From an uncultured Candidatus Saccharibacteria bacterium (GTDB lineage Bacteria; Patescibacteriota; Minisyncoccia; Phycocordibacterales; UBA2100), in assembly GCA_964648335.1 (NCBI GenBank), contig CAZYLZ010000001.1, positions 26,667 to 78,526 on the forward strand: DNA of 51,860 bases. The letters are read 5' to 3'. This document shows positions 1-9,367 of this stretch, piece after piece. The translations under genes were made by a program, and so were the position numbers. The notes under the pieces are model-generated. The model worked only from the letters and a program-made list of their open reading frames with translations, was not told where the DNA came from and searched no databases. The first letter of the stretch is position 1. Each line of letters begins with the position of its first letter.

Positions 1-10
1 CTCTAGTACC

Positions 11-45
11 AAACCGTCTCTGTGATCAGAGACGGTTTCTTCTTG
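11..45 (+). terminator. Rho-independent terminator of the upstream off-window gene
   Basis: Perfect 12-bp stem AAACCGTCTCTG (11-22) / CAGAGACGGTTT (27-38), 4-nt loop, then TTTCTTCTT. Confidence 0.7.
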
Positions 46-121
46 TATCAAACGATATGAGCGAGCGGTCTGCACTGGCGCGCGGCATCTCAATGGGCGC
101 CGTTCGTTTCGACACCAAATA

Positions 122-149
122 TTGACAATCGGTTACAAGATGGTATCAT
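122..149 (+). promoter_or_regulatory. Sigma70-type promoter for CDS 201..683
   Basis: TTGACA (122-127), 16-nt spacer, TATCAT (144-149), preceded by TGn (141-143, extended -10). Confidence 0.55.
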
Positions 150-200
150 AATCATCAGCTAACCGCCTTTCACCGTTAACAAACAAGGGAGTACATCGAC

Positions 201-683
201 ATGACTCTTCAGTCGGATGAAGCGTCTCGCACTGCGTACGTCAATGAAATGATGCGGCAGAGATCGACCCCGGAAGAACTTTCGACTTACGATTCTCTTA
301 CGGTCGGAGGCTCTCGCTTCATGGGTGCTTCGCGAAGCCTCGGCGACCCTAATGATCGTTACATCGACGTATGGGCGACCAACGGTCGGCGCGGTCATTT
401 TCCGTCAAATCTCTTTGCTGTCGCAAAGGTGTTGGGCGCACGGGAAGGATTTCTCGACATCGTCGGCGAACGAATCGTCCTGCCCGACGTTGCGGCGTGG
501 TCACGTGTATCGATACTGTTGGGAAAGACCATTGTCATGACATGGGAAGACGACCTCGAATGTCGTCTCTACCCGCTCTACACGGTGCATCCCGACGGAA
601 CTGTCGAATACATGGTCGGTCCGCAATCTGCAGATGGACGCCGGCTGGTCATGACCGATGAGTTCTTGGAACATCCGTCGTAA
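201..683 (+). CDS. Hypothetical protein (160 aa), no recognised motif
   Basis: ORF with AAGGGAG Shine-Dalgarno 9 nt upstream. Promoter upstream and strong terminator downstream. Confidence 0.6.
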   Translation: MTLQSDEASRTAYVNEMMRQRSTPEELSTYDSLTVGGSRFMGASRSLGDPNDRYIDVWATNGRRGHFPSNLFAVAKVLGAREGFLDIVGERIVLPDVAAWSRVSILLGKTIVMTWEDDLECRLYPLYTVHPDGTVEYMVGPQSADGRRLVMTDEFLEHPS

Positions 684-718
684 ATCGGTCCCGCATAACG
701 ACACGGGTATCTATCATG

Positions 719-751
719 CCCCGCAACACCGTTGGTGTTGCGGGGCTTTTT
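719..751 (+). terminator. Rho-independent terminator
   Basis: 12-bp stem CCCCGCAACACC (719-730) / GGTGTTGCGGGG (734-745), 3-nt loop, then CTTTTT. Confidence 0.8.
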
Positions 752-822
752 CATGAATGTCGCATGTCACCGTCGTTCATCTTTTCCGTCTACACTACAT
801 GTACGTCGTCGTTTTGATAGAT

Positions 823-837
823 TAAGATACAGCAATG
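823..837 (+). promoter_or_regulatory. -10 box abutting the start codon (candidate leaderless promoter)
   Basis: TAAGAT (823-828), 6 nt, ATG (835). No SD. Confidence 0.4.
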
Positions 838-2040
838 CAAAAACAATTTCTCACCATCGTAACCGCGGTCGTCATGCTCGCACCGACGCTCACGAGCGCC
901 GCAACGTGGTCGTCACCGTTCGAGATATCGGGCTGGATCCCGTATTGGCGCTCTGCTACCGGTACTGCCGAAGCAGTGGCGCACATCGACGTCTTTAAAG
1001 AGCTCAATCCGTTCGTCTACACGCTCAAAAAAGACGGCACGCTCGTCGACAACGGGAAGCTGCAGGAAGAGCCATGGGTCTCTCTTAGAAAGATGGCGAA
1101 AGAAAAACATATCCGCTTCATACCGACCATCATGTCGGGCGATGGCGATACTATTCACGCGCTCCTGAGCAATACCAAAGCGCGGCAGAGGTTCGAGGAC
1201 GCGATTGCCAAAGAAGTGAAGGACAAGGGCTACGACGGCATCGATATCGATTTCGAGGCAAAGCACGCCGAGACCAAGCCGTACTTCTCGACCTTCCTCA
1301 AGGGCCTCTACCAACGCCTCGGGACCAAGTGGCTGCAGTGCACGATCGAATCGCGAACCCCACTCGACTCGCGCTACGAAGGCACGCCGCCTGCCGATGC
1401 TACGCAATACGCAAACGACTACGTCGCGATAAACAAGTACTGCGACCGCGTACGCATTATGGCGTACGACCAGCAGACAATCGACGTAAAGCTCAACAAG
1501 GATGCGATGGGCAATCCGTACATCCCGGTCGCCGATCCGCGCTGGGTCGAGAAGGTGGTCGTGCTCGCGTCAAAGTCCATCGCAAAAAGCAAGATCGTCA
1601 TCGGCGTGCCGACGTACGGGTACGAGTATCTCGTGACGCCACTCACCCAAGGCTATCGGTACGACCGCCTCTGGGCCTTCAATCCGCAGTACGGCATCAC
1701 GACCGGGCTACAATACAACACGCCACCTAATCGCAACTCGGCAGGTGAACTCAGTGTGCAGTACTTCCCGTACACCAATGCGACTACCTCGGCACAAGCG
1801 CTCAACGTCGGACCCGAAATACCAATTAGCACCGAAGTGATGCCGATGACCGTCACCACGACCGGCATGCCACCGGCTACCAAGATGCCGTTCAATATTT
1901 TGTGGTGGAGCGATGGGCAAGCGATAGCACAGAAGGTGCTCTTGGCCAAAAAGCTCGGTGTACGCGGCGTTGCTATCTTCAAGATCGACGGAGGCGGAGA
2001 CCCTGCAATGTGGCCGCTTCTCACGGCCTTGAGTAGGTAA
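835..2040 (+). CDS. Secreted glycoside hydrolase family 18 (chitinase-like) protein
   Basis: N-terminal signal peptide. GH18 catalytic motif DGIDIDFE (DxxDxDxE) and MAYD motif. Confidence 0.8.
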   Translation: MQKQFLTIVTAVVMLAPTLTSAATWSSPFEISGWIPYWRSATGTAEAVAHIDVFKELNPFVYTLKKDGTLVDNGKLQEEPWVSLRKMAKEKHIRFIPTIMSGDGDTIHALLSNTKARQRFEDAIAKEVKDKGYDGIDIDFEAKHAETKPYFSTFLKGLYQRLGTKWLQCTIESRTPLDSRYEGTPPADATQYANDYVAINKYCDRVRIMAYDQQTIDVKLNKDAMGNPYIPVADPRWVEKVVVLASKSIAKSKIVIGVPTYGYEYLVTPLTQGYRYDRLWAFNPQYGITTGLQYNTPPNRNSAGELSVQYFPYTNATTSAQALNVGPEIPISTEVMPMTVTTTGMPPATKMPFNILWWSDGQAIAQKVLLAKKLGVRGVAIFKIDGGGDPAMWPLLTALSR

Positions 2041-2116
2041 CGCGACTTGAGTCTTTAGCCCCTTGCACAACTTTTTTTGCCCTCTATAACTAAGAGAGCA
2101 CAGCACAGGAGGAGAG

Positions 2117-2752
2117 TTGATGAAGGTAGTACATTTTGCGCGACACGGCGAGACCGACGGAAACACCGGCGAATTCCAACAGGGCCCGATGACGCCGCTC
2201 AACGCGACGGGTCGCCTGCAAGCAGGGCTTTTGGCCGTGCGGTGCGCGACTATGTCGTTTGAAGTGATTGTTTCGAGCACGTATGCCCGAGCACGAGAAA
2301 CGACCGGGTTTGTCCGCGAGCTGAATCCTAAGCCCGTCGTATATTCTGATCTATTTGTCGAGCGCCGCCGGCCGACCTCGAACATCGGCATGCGCAAATC
2401 GCATCCCGACGCGCGCGCCTTCGAGACGTTCCTTAAAGAGCATTTCGGAAAGCCGAACATGCGTCTCGCAGACGAAGAGAACTTCGAGGATCTGAAGGCA
2501 CGAGCCCTTGAGTGCCTGGCGTTTCTAGAAGCGCGGCCCGAAGGAGAGATTCTGGTCGTTGGCCACGGGCTCTTTATGCGGATGATCTTGGGGATCGCCG
2601 TGTTCGGTCGGGAACTTTCGGGGCACGAGGCAAACGCATTCTGCCGAGCGTTTCGTACCATAAACACCGGCATCACGACCCTCGTGCACGACGCGAACTA
2701 TCCGTTCCCGTGGAAGATTCTTACATGGAACGACCATTCGCACGTGCGATAA
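2117..2752 (+). CDS. Histidine phosphatase family protein (phosphoglycerate-mutase-like)
   Basis: N-terminal RHGETDGN motif and distal GHG motif. AGGAGG SD 7 nt upstream. Confidence 0.8.
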   Translation: MMKVVHFARHGETDGNTGEFQQGPMTPLNATGRLQAGLLAVRCATMSFEVIVSSTYARARETTGFVRELNPKPVVYSDLFVERRRPTSNIGMRKSHPDARAFETFLKEHFGKPNMRLADEENFEDLKARALECLAFLEARPEGEILVVGHGLFMRMILGIAVFGRELSGHEANAFCRAFRTINTGITTLVHDANYPFPWKILTWNDHSHVR

Positions 2753-2755
2753 GAA

Positions 2756-2781
2756 AACGCCCCAGAGCAATCTGGGGCGTT
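2756..2781. terminator. Bidirectional hairpin between convergent genes
   Basis: AACGCCCCA (2756-2764) / TGGGGCGTT (2773-2781), 8-nt loop, A-run before and T-rich after. Confidence 0.6.
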
Positions 2782-2786
2782 GTTGT

Positions 2787-3959
2787 CTAGAGATCACGCA
2801 GGTGGTAGTCCGCGCGGATCATGCGGGCCAGAGCGGCATCGCGGGGTATCCCCGAGACCGATTCGAGCACTTGCTCGAGTCCATCGTCGCGGATAGCATC
2901 GACGATCCGTCGTGCTGCCGCATCGCGAGCGTAGTCGAAGTGAAGTGCCGCCGTAATGCCGCTTACGAGAAACGCAGGCGTCGTGTGCTGCTCGATTGCA
3001 AACTGCGCAGGACGGACGAGCCGGTCACGCGCTCCGAGCTTACGCTCGGGATCGCGTGCGACACGGACGACCTCGTCGCGCAGGTAGCGGTTCTTGAAGC
3101 GATCGACGACCTTGCACGCGTACGAATCTTGCGCGCTCTTCGTGATCGACAAGTGCCTGCGGACGATGACGTCGGATACTTCTTCGAGTGCACCGTGCAA
3201 GAGAGCGAGGATATTTTTGTCTTCCATCGCTTCGTGCACATATTCGCACCCCACCAAATAGCCGTAGTACCCGACGATGGCATGCGCCATGTTTAAGGTA
3301 CAGAGCTTCTGCTCGAGGGTCGCATCGAGGTCATACGTGACTTCCATACCGCGTATCGGGGGAGCAGGCTCTTTGAGGGCCGATCCGTCGATTGCCAGTT
3401 GGAAGTAGTCTTCGACGCAGACCGAAAGCGGATCGGTGCTGTCGTCGTCAGAAGACATGTTCGGCACGATGCGATCGACGACACAGTCGGGAAAGCTTAC
3501 GTGCGCAAAGATACGACCGCGTTCTTCCTCACTAACCCGTGTGCCGATGGCCTGCTTGAGATAGCTCGTGTTGTCCTGGACGTTCTCGCAAGCGACGACC
3601 GTTAGATGCACGGACTCTCTCGGACGCACCAGGGTTCGCGCCGCGAGGCCTCGTGCAAGTACCGGAGCGATTGCGCTAAGCGCGTTCTTTCCGACCGCGG
3701 TCATCACGATGTCTGCCGCAACAATCGCTTTCACGATGGCGTCGGTGTCGCGTACAGAGACTGCACTCACGCCGGTGACGACGTGTTCGTCGCGGCCGCG
3801 CTCGGACACGACATACACGGGGTATGCACCCGCTTGTGCGAGCCGCTTAACGCGATCTTCGTCGACGTCCACGAAGCAGACCGACATGCCCGATTGCGAC
3901 AGGATAGAGCCTAGGAATCCGCGCCCAATGTTTCCGGCGCCAAATACGACTGCGTGCAT
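2787..3959 (-). CDS. mtlD: Mannitol-1-phosphate 5-dehydrogenase
   Basis: N-terminus MHAVVFGAGNIGRGF matches the MtlD Rossmann signature. AAGGAG SD precedes ATG at 3959. The tracked ORF to 4103 is an upstream extension. Confidence 0.8.
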   Translation of the reverse strand: MHAVVFGAGNIGRGFLGSILSQSGMSVCFVDVDEDRVKRLAQAGAYPVYVVSERGRDEHVVTGVSAVSVRDTDAIVKAIVAADIVMTAVGKNALSAIAPVLARGLAARTLVRPRESVHLTVVACENVQDNTSYLKQAIGTRVSEEERGRIFAHVSFPDCVVDRIVPNMSSDDDSTDPLSVCVEDYFQLAIDGSALKEPAPPIRGMEVTYDLDATLEQKLCTLNMAHAIVGYYGYLVGCEYVHEAMEDKNILALLHGALEEVSDVIVRRHLSITKSAQDSYACKVVDRFKNRYLRDEVVRVARDPERKLGARDRLVRPAQFAIEQHTTPAFLVSGITAALHFDYARDAAARRIVDAIRDDGLEQVLESVSGIPRDAALARMIRADYHLRDL

Positions 3960-4019
3960 GGGTACTCCTTGTAAAGATCGTTTCGCTTTTTCTACCATAC
4001 CGTACGGGTCTTTCTTGGC

Positions 4020-4038
4020 AAGGATGGTCGCCATCCTT
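4020..4038. promoter_or_regulatory. Perfect inverted repeat in the divergent mtlD / 4089 intergenic region (candidate operator)
   Basis: AAGGATGG (4020-4027), N3, CCATCCTT (4031-4038). Confidence 0.35.
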
Positions 4039-4076
4039 ATCACCATACGGCCCTGTCTTAGAGATGAAGGACCCTC

Positions 4077-4091
4077 TACAATAGGGCCATG
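4077..4091 (+). promoter_or_regulatory. -10 box abutting the start codon (candidate leaderless promoter)
   Basis: TACAAT (4077-4082), 6 nt, ATG (4089). No SD. Confidence 0.5.
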
Positions 4092-4499
4092 CGCACCATA
4101 CAAACCGTCACGTGGGGATTAGCTGTATTGTTCGGGCTCGTGGTCATTACCGGCGCCATACCGTACTTTAATCCGGGTGGACTGCAGTTCGGCCTCTTTA
4201 AGATCGATCCGATCGACAACTTTGTACACATCCTCACGGCCATATTCGCGGCATTCGCGAGCTGGCACTCAATCCGTCTCTCGACGATCGTGCTCAAGGT
4301 CATCTCGGTGATCTATGGTATCGATGCGTTCTGCGGGCTCGTGCTCTCGCGTGGCTTCTTAGACCTCACTGTTCTAACCCAAGGGTTAGGGTCTCCTGAC
4401 TTTGGTATCACAAACCTCCTTATAAACGCTCCGCACGTGGGTATTGTCGCGGTCGCTGCCTATACCGCGTGGGTAATTGGACGGCCTCGCACGGCATAG
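4089..4499 (+). CDS. Small integral membrane protein, DUF4383-like
   Basis: Four hydrophobic segments. Pattern GAIPYF..GLF.I....N.VHIL resembles DUF4383 proteins. Confidence 0.6.
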   Translation: MRTIQTVTWGLAVLFGLVVITGAIPYFNPGGLQFGLFKIDPIDNFVHILTAIFAAFASWHSIRLSTIVLKVISVIYGIDAFCGLVLSRGFLDLTVLTQGLGSPDFGITNLLINAPHVGIVAVAAYTAWVIGRPRTA

Positions 4500-4503
4500 G
4501 GCC

Positions 4504-5595
4504 ATGCTGCACCTGACCCGACTCGTGCGCTCTATCCTTTTTCTTCTGGTGCTCTGCATCATCGTGTTTTCCGCTGCAGCAGCGTACGCAGGTATCTGCA
4601 CGTATCGCTATGCAGAGTCGGCCACTTCGAGTGCCGTCGTTCCGCAGGGAATCGCATCGACCACGCTTACGATCGCACAACCGCGTCTCGAGGGCCGAAC
4701 ACTGCTAACCATTCCCGAATGGTTCATCGTGTACAGTGCCGAGGAATATGCGAACGTCCTCGAGCGTGCACGTCCGAGCACGTTCCCATACTGCCGCTCT
4801 ATTGCGCAATACTGGACGTATTACCGCAACGTGTATGCAGCAGCAAAGGACTATCCGGCAGACCCCGGCGAAGACACCATGCTCACCGTCATCGGCGCGA
4901 GCATCTCGATGGAGTACGCATTCAAGGGAATGTACGAGGGGACTATCGGCCGTCTCTTTGAGCTCTCGGCCGGAAACGCAACGACGGCCGAAGAGATATA
5001 CGCTGCGTACGTGGCCCGTGACTACGCGCAGTTTATCCATACTGTCCCGTGGTACCGCTACCCCTTCAAGCAAAAGTTCTTCGAGCTCAACGAGCTCTCG
5101 CTCGTGGGCCCGAATATGTCGCGCAAGATAGAGCGCAGGGCAGCGCTCTCGCTCGAGTACGGCGCAAAGGCACTCTATGGTGCAATCATCAAGAAGCTTA
5201 CGCTTTCGAACTACGTTCCCGACGAGCTGACCATGCAAGCTATCATCTCGTCGGGCCAAGGACCGTCCTTGCCGTACTCGATCGCAGAGGAAAAGGGCAG
5301 AGAGACTTTGGTAACGGCAGATCGGTACGAGGCATTTACCGATTCGGTGCGCTCGCTCGCTACTACCACGACAGTCTTTGCTTCTATTGCGGGGCGCTCG
5401 CAAATAGCCGTCTCTGTAGTCGCTCCCCACGACTCCGTCCCGGGTACTAACGTGCAGCTGGTCATGCGACAGCCTATCCTTACCGAGCCAGGAAAGGACC
5501 GCTTCGTCCTCATGGTCCCGGTGACAGGGCTTATCTCGTTCGTACGTGAGGTGCAATCGAAAGGCGCCGTGTTCGAGCACGTGTACGACTACTGA
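4504..5595 (+). CDS. Membrane-anchored hypothetical protein
   Basis: Long ORF with an N-terminal TM segment from Met at 4504. Its stop (TGA 5593-5595) lies 1 nt before the next start. Confidence 0.6.
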   Translation: MLHLTRLVRSILFLLVLCIIVFSAAAAYAGICTYRYAESATSSAVVPQGIASTTLTIAQPRLEGRTLLTIPEWFIVYSAEEYANVLERARPSTFPYCRSIAQYWTYYRNVYAAAKDYPADPGEDTMLTVIGASISMEYAFKGMYEGTIGRLFELSAGNATTAEEIYAAYVARDYAQFIHTVPWYRYPFKQKFFELNELSLVGPNMSRKIERRAALSLEYGAKALYGAIIKKLTLSNYVPDELTMQAIISSGQGPSLPYSIAEEKGRETLVTADRYEAFTDSVRSLATTTTVFASIAGRSQIAVSVVAPHDSVPGTNVQLVMRQPILTEPGKDRFVLMVPVTGLISFVREVQSKGAVFEHVYDY

Positions 5596-5596
5596 T

Positions 5597-6589
5597 ATGC
5601 GGCGATTCTTTACATATCTGATCCGCGGCTTCCTTGCTGCAGGTGCGATAGTGCTCGTCGGTATTGTACTAGTTACTGCCTATACGCTTTCGTACGAGAG
5701 CAAGAACTCCGCGTCGTCGGCGCCATCGACAGGCAGGTACGTCGAAGCGGGAGATGTACGCCTTTTTGTGCAAGAAGCAGGTCCCGCACAGGGGCCCGTT
5801 GTCCTCTTTATTCATGCAGCAGGAGGGTGGAGCGAAGTATGGCGTCGTACCATGGACGAGCTCGCAAAACAGGGAATCAGATCCATCGCGGTCGATATCC
5901 CGCCGCTCGGCTATTCTGATCGTCCAGAGCTGCCAGCCTACGACCGCGTGGCGCAAGCGCACCGCCTCTCGAAGCTGCTCGATGCACTGGCGGTTCATGA
6001 CGTGACGGTAGTCGGACATTCGTTCGGAGCGCGGACCGCAGCCGAACTCGCGTTCCATGATTCCGATCGCGTAACGGCATTGGTGCTCGTAGATGCGGCG
6101 CTCGCACTCGATTCTGTAGAGACGACATCTGTCGTGTCGAAGATGCTCTCGATTCGCGCGGTCCGTCTCGTAGTTGCTGCTACTACTCTCAGTAATCCGT
6201 TTTTTACTAAGACGCTCCTCGACCTTTTCGTCAAAGACCCGGCATCAGCCGATGATTATTGGGTGAGCGTCTACCGTACTCCTCTCGATGTGCAGGGGAC
6301 GGCCAGCGCGGTAGCAGACTGGCTGCCGGAACTTTTGGCGAGCGCAAGCGACGCGCAAAGCGCTCGCTCGAAATCATACGAAGCACTCCGTATTCCAGCA
6401 CTGGTGATCTGGGGCGCAGAAGATACGGTTACTCCGATCGAGCAAGGGCGTCATCTTGCCGGAATCATACAAGGATCGAAATTGGTAGTCTTGCCCGGCG
6501 TAGGGCACATGCCACCGATAGAAGATATCGGTCGCTTCAATGAAGAGTTGTTGGTATTCTTACGAGCAAACGCACCGAAGCATGAATAA
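5597..6589 (+). CDS. Alpha/beta-fold hydrolase, membrane anchored
   Basis: N-terminal TM. Nucleophile elbow GHSFGA, oxyanion-region HAAGG, distal GVGHMP histidine. Confidence 0.8.
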   Translation: MRRFFTYLIRGFLAAGAIVLVGIVLVTAYTLSYESKNSASSAPSTGRYVEAGDVRLFVQEAGPAQGPVVLFIHAAGGWSEVWRRTMDELAKQGIRSIAVDIPPLGYSDRPELPAYDRVAQAHRLSKLLDALAVHDVTVVGHSFGARTAAELAFHDSDRVTALVLVDAALALDSVETTSVVSKMLSIRAVRLVVAATTLSNPFFTKTLLDLFVKDPASADDYWVSVYRTPLDVQGTASAVADWLPELLASASDAQSARSKSYEALRIPALVIWGAEDTVTPIEQGRHLAGIIQGSKLVVLPGVGHMPPIEDIGRFNEELLVFLRANAPKHE

Positions 6590-8174
6590 AAAAATTATTT
6601 CGTACCGGCAAAAACTACTAGGTGTTGCTGCAATCTTCTTGGTATTCGTAGCGCTGGGTATCGACAAGATAAAGACCTATACTGCAGATCCCATAGGCGA
6701 AAAAGAGTGCCCGCCGATAGATCCCACACTCGGTAGGTCGTCGTTTCCCGAGTCACTCTTAAAAAAGATCTCGGCGCACCTTCCGTGGCTCCAGAAAGGC
6801 GGAACCATCAACGACGCGAGTTGCCTCGACAAGACGGCCGTCTACGGCGTCGTCGCAGTGACGGAAGTAAAGGATATAGCAGAGGCGTTTGCGTATGCCC
6901 GAGAAAATTCGCTCAAAGTTTCGCTCTCGGGTGTGCGGCACTCGATGGGTGGTCAGGCATTTGCCAAAGACGCGCTCGTCCTCGACATGCGTCCGTATAA
7001 GCAGATAGCGCTGAACGAAAGCGAGAAGACCGTGACGGTGCAAAGCGGCGCGACCTGGCACGACATCCAGAACATCATCCATCCGCGCTATGCGGTAAAG
7101 GCGATGCAGTCGACCGATATCTTTACGGTGGGCGGCTCTATCTCGGTGAACGCGCACGGCATGGATCATCGCGCGGGCTCGGTAGGTGACACTATTCGCT
7201 CGATGCGGGTTATGCTCCCCGACGGCAGCATCGTGCGCACGAGCCGCGACGAGAGGCCCGACCTGTTTAGGCATGTGGTGGGCGGATATGGATTGTTCGG
7301 CGCAGTGCTCGATGTCACACTCGACGTCGTCGACAACGAAATCTACGACCGCAAACGCTCGATCATCGACTACAAAGAATTTCCTACCGTGTTCGAGAGC
7401 GATATCAAGAACGACGAGAAGCTCGGCCTCTTCTATGCGCACCTGTCTACGTCGCCCGGCTCGTTCTTGAAAGAAATGATGCTCTACACGTATCGCGATT
7501 CCGAAGCGACCGATGCTACGGTCGCTCCGCTTACCGAAGTAGAGAACGTGAAGCTGCGTCGCTTCGTGCTCGAGCTTGCAAAGCGCGGGTCCCTGATGGC
7601 GCGACTCAAGTGGTTTGCCGAAAAGTACATAGAGCCGCGGTTCGAAGGATGCGAGGTCTCGCGCAATCAGGCAATGAAGGAAGGCGAGGCTTGCCTGGTT
7701 TCGCGTAACGAGCCGATGCACGACTCGGTCAAGTACCTTAAGAACGCCATCCCCGACGAGACCGACATATTGCACGAGTACTTCATCCCACGCGATCAGT
7801 TTGTAGCGTACGTCGACGGCATGCGCGAGGTCTTGCAAAAGAACCATGCAGTCCTCTTGAACGCCTCGGTGCGGGTCGTTCATGCCGAAGACATAGCGCT
7901 CAATTATGCGCCACAAGACGCCTTCGCTATTGTTCTGTACCTCCACCAGGACACCGATCCTGCCGGAAACGCAGCGATGAAGAAGGTAACGCAAGAGCTT
8001 ATCGACCTCACGAATGCGCATGGGGGACGATTCTTCTTGCCGTACCAGCTGTACTACGACAAGGCGCAGCTTGCTGCCTCGTATCCCGAAATAGCTGACG
8101 TGGCGCGCGCCAAGAAACGATACGACCCCTCCGGGCTCCTTACGAGCACCTTTTACGAAACGTATTGGAAATAG
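6582..8174 (+). CDS. FAD-binding (PCMH-type, FAD_binding_4-like) oxidoreductase, membrane anchored
   Basis: N-terminal TM. GVRHSMGGQAF and GGSISVNAHG motifs typical of vanillyl-alcohol-oxidase-type flavoenzymes. Start overlaps the upstream stop. Confidence 0.7.
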   Translation: MNKKIISYRQKLLGVAAIFLVFVALGIDKIKTYTADPIGEKECPPIDPTLGRSSFPESLLKKISAHLPWLQKGGTINDASCLDKTAVYGVVAVTEVKDIAEAFAYARENSLKVSLSGVRHSMGGQAFAKDALVLDMRPYKQIALNESEKTVTVQSGATWHDIQNIIHPRYAVKAMQSTDIFTVGGSISVNAHGMDHRAGSVGDTIRSMRVMLPDGSIVRTSRDERPDLFRHVVGGYGLFGAVLDVTLDVVDNEIYDRKRSIIDYKEFPTVFESDIKNDEKLGLFYAHLSTSPGSFLKEMMLYTYRDSEATDATVAPLTEVENVKLRRFVLELAKRGSLMARLKWFAEKYIEPRFEGCEVSRNQAMKEGEACLVSRNEPMHDSVKYLKNAIPDETDILHEYFIPRDQFVAYVDGMREVLQKNHAVLLNASVRVVHAEDIALNYAPQDAFAIVLYLHQDTDPAGNAAMKKVTQELIDLTNAHGGRFFLPYQLYYDKAQLAASYPEIADVARAKKRYDPSGLLTSTFYETYWK

Positions 8175-8191
8175 GGTATACTCTTCTGAAT

Positions 8192-9367
8192 ATGGGAAAA
8201 AAACAACCACAGGCAGAAGAGCCGGCACCGGTAGACGTCGATAGCGCAGCCGTACGTTTGCATGCTACGAATCACGGCAAGATAGCGACGGCACTCAAGG
8301 TCCCGCTCGAGACCAAGGCCGATCTTTCGCTTGCGTACACGCCAGGCGTTGCCGCCGTCTGCAAAGAGATCGCAGCAGATCCGGCAAAAGCCAAGGAACT
8401 CACTATCAAGCGCAATACCATCGGCATCATCACCGATGGCTCTGCTGTGTTGGGGCTTGGTAACATCGGAGGACTTGCCGCACTTCCGGTCATGGAAGGC
8501 AAGGCGGCGCTTTTTAAGCGGTTTGCCGACGTCGACGCATTTCCTATCTGCCTGAACACGCAAGACACCGAAGAGATCATAAAGACCATCGCCGCTATCG
8601 CGCCCGTCTTCGGCGGTATAAATCTCGAGGATATCGCGGCACCACGCTGCTTCGAGATCGAGGCGCGTCTGAAGGCGATGCTCGACATTCCGGTAATGCA
8701 CGACGACCAGCACGGCACCGCTGTGGTGGTGCTCGCTGCGCTCATCAACGCGTTCAAGGTTCGCGAGCTCGAACGCAATCAGGCTCGCATCGTCATCTCG
8801 GGCGCCGGCGCTGCAGGTACTGCGGTAGCGGACCTTCTTATCACATACGGCTGCTCCGACATTACGCTTGTCGACAGCCAGGGCATCATAACGAGCGAGC
8901 GCGCCGAGCTTACCGACGAGAAGAAGCGGCTCGCAGCGAGCACCAATCCGCGCAAGACGCAGGGAGGCCTTGCCGAGGCACTCGTGGGTGCCGACGTCTT
9001 CATTGGAGTGAGCAAGGCGGGGCTTTTGACACAAGACATGATCAAATCTATGCGACCGGGTCCTATCGTGTTTGCGCTTGCCAATCCTGTTCCCGAAATC
9101 ATGCCGGATCTGGCACTCGAGGCAGGGGCGCTTGTGGTTGCGACGGGACGATCAGACTTTCCAAACCAGATAAACAACGTGCTCGCATTTCCTGGCATCT
9201 TCCGCGGCGCCTTGGATAACGGCGTCACCAAGATAACCGATCTCATGTTCCTAAACGCTGCACAGAATCTCGCGTCGCTCGTAGAGAACCCTACTGCCGG
9301 CGAGATACTCCCGAGCCTTTTCGACGCCGACGTCGTCCTAGCGGTCGCGACCGCGATAAAAGCCTGA
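8192..9367 (+). CDS. NAD(P)-dependent malic enzyme, short form
   Basis: DLSLAYTPGVA, ITDGSAVLGLGNIG and GAGAAG motifs of malic enzymes. TATACT 9 nt upstream of ATG 8192. Confidence 0.85.
   Translation: MGKKQPQAEEPAPVDVDSAAVRLHATNHGKIATALKVPLETKADLSLAYTPGVAAVCKEIAADPAKAKELTIKRNTIGIITDGSAVLGLGNIGGLAALPVMEGKAALFKRFADVDAFPICLNTQDTEEIIKTIAAIAPVFGGINLEDIAAPRCFEIEARLKAMLDIPVMHDDQHGTAVVVLAALINAFKVRELERNQARIVISGAGAAGTAVADLLITYGCSDITLVDSQGIITSERAELTDEKKRLAASTNPRKTQGGLAEALVGADVFIGVSKAGLLTQDMIKSMRPGPIVFALANPVPEIMPDLALEAGALVVATGRSDFPNQINNVLAFPGIFRGALDNGVTKITDLMFLNAAQNLASLVENPTAGEILPSLFDADVVLAVATAIKA

Noticed and set aside
1708-2676. 322-aa minus-strand ORF overlapping the GH18 and histidine-phosphatase genes
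   Set aside because: It is a shadow ORF antisense to two genes with clear catalytic motifs. Its Arg/Ser/Pro-rich composition is typical of GC-rich antisense frames, and it has no RBS.
2787-4103. Longest-ORF N-terminal extensions (mtlD to 4103, 22939..23901, 45906..47264, 17106..18032, 37849..38346, 31406 for typA, and others)
   Set aside because: Internal starts are preceded by SD sites or -10 boxes and give N-termini matching family norms (Rossmann GxGxxG at residue about 6, signal peptides, G1 motif). The extensions run through promoters or terminators.
6759-8228. 489-aa minus-strand ORF
   Set aside because: It lies entirely antisense to the FAD-binding oxidoreductase, which has conserved motifs. 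It has no motif or RBS of its own.
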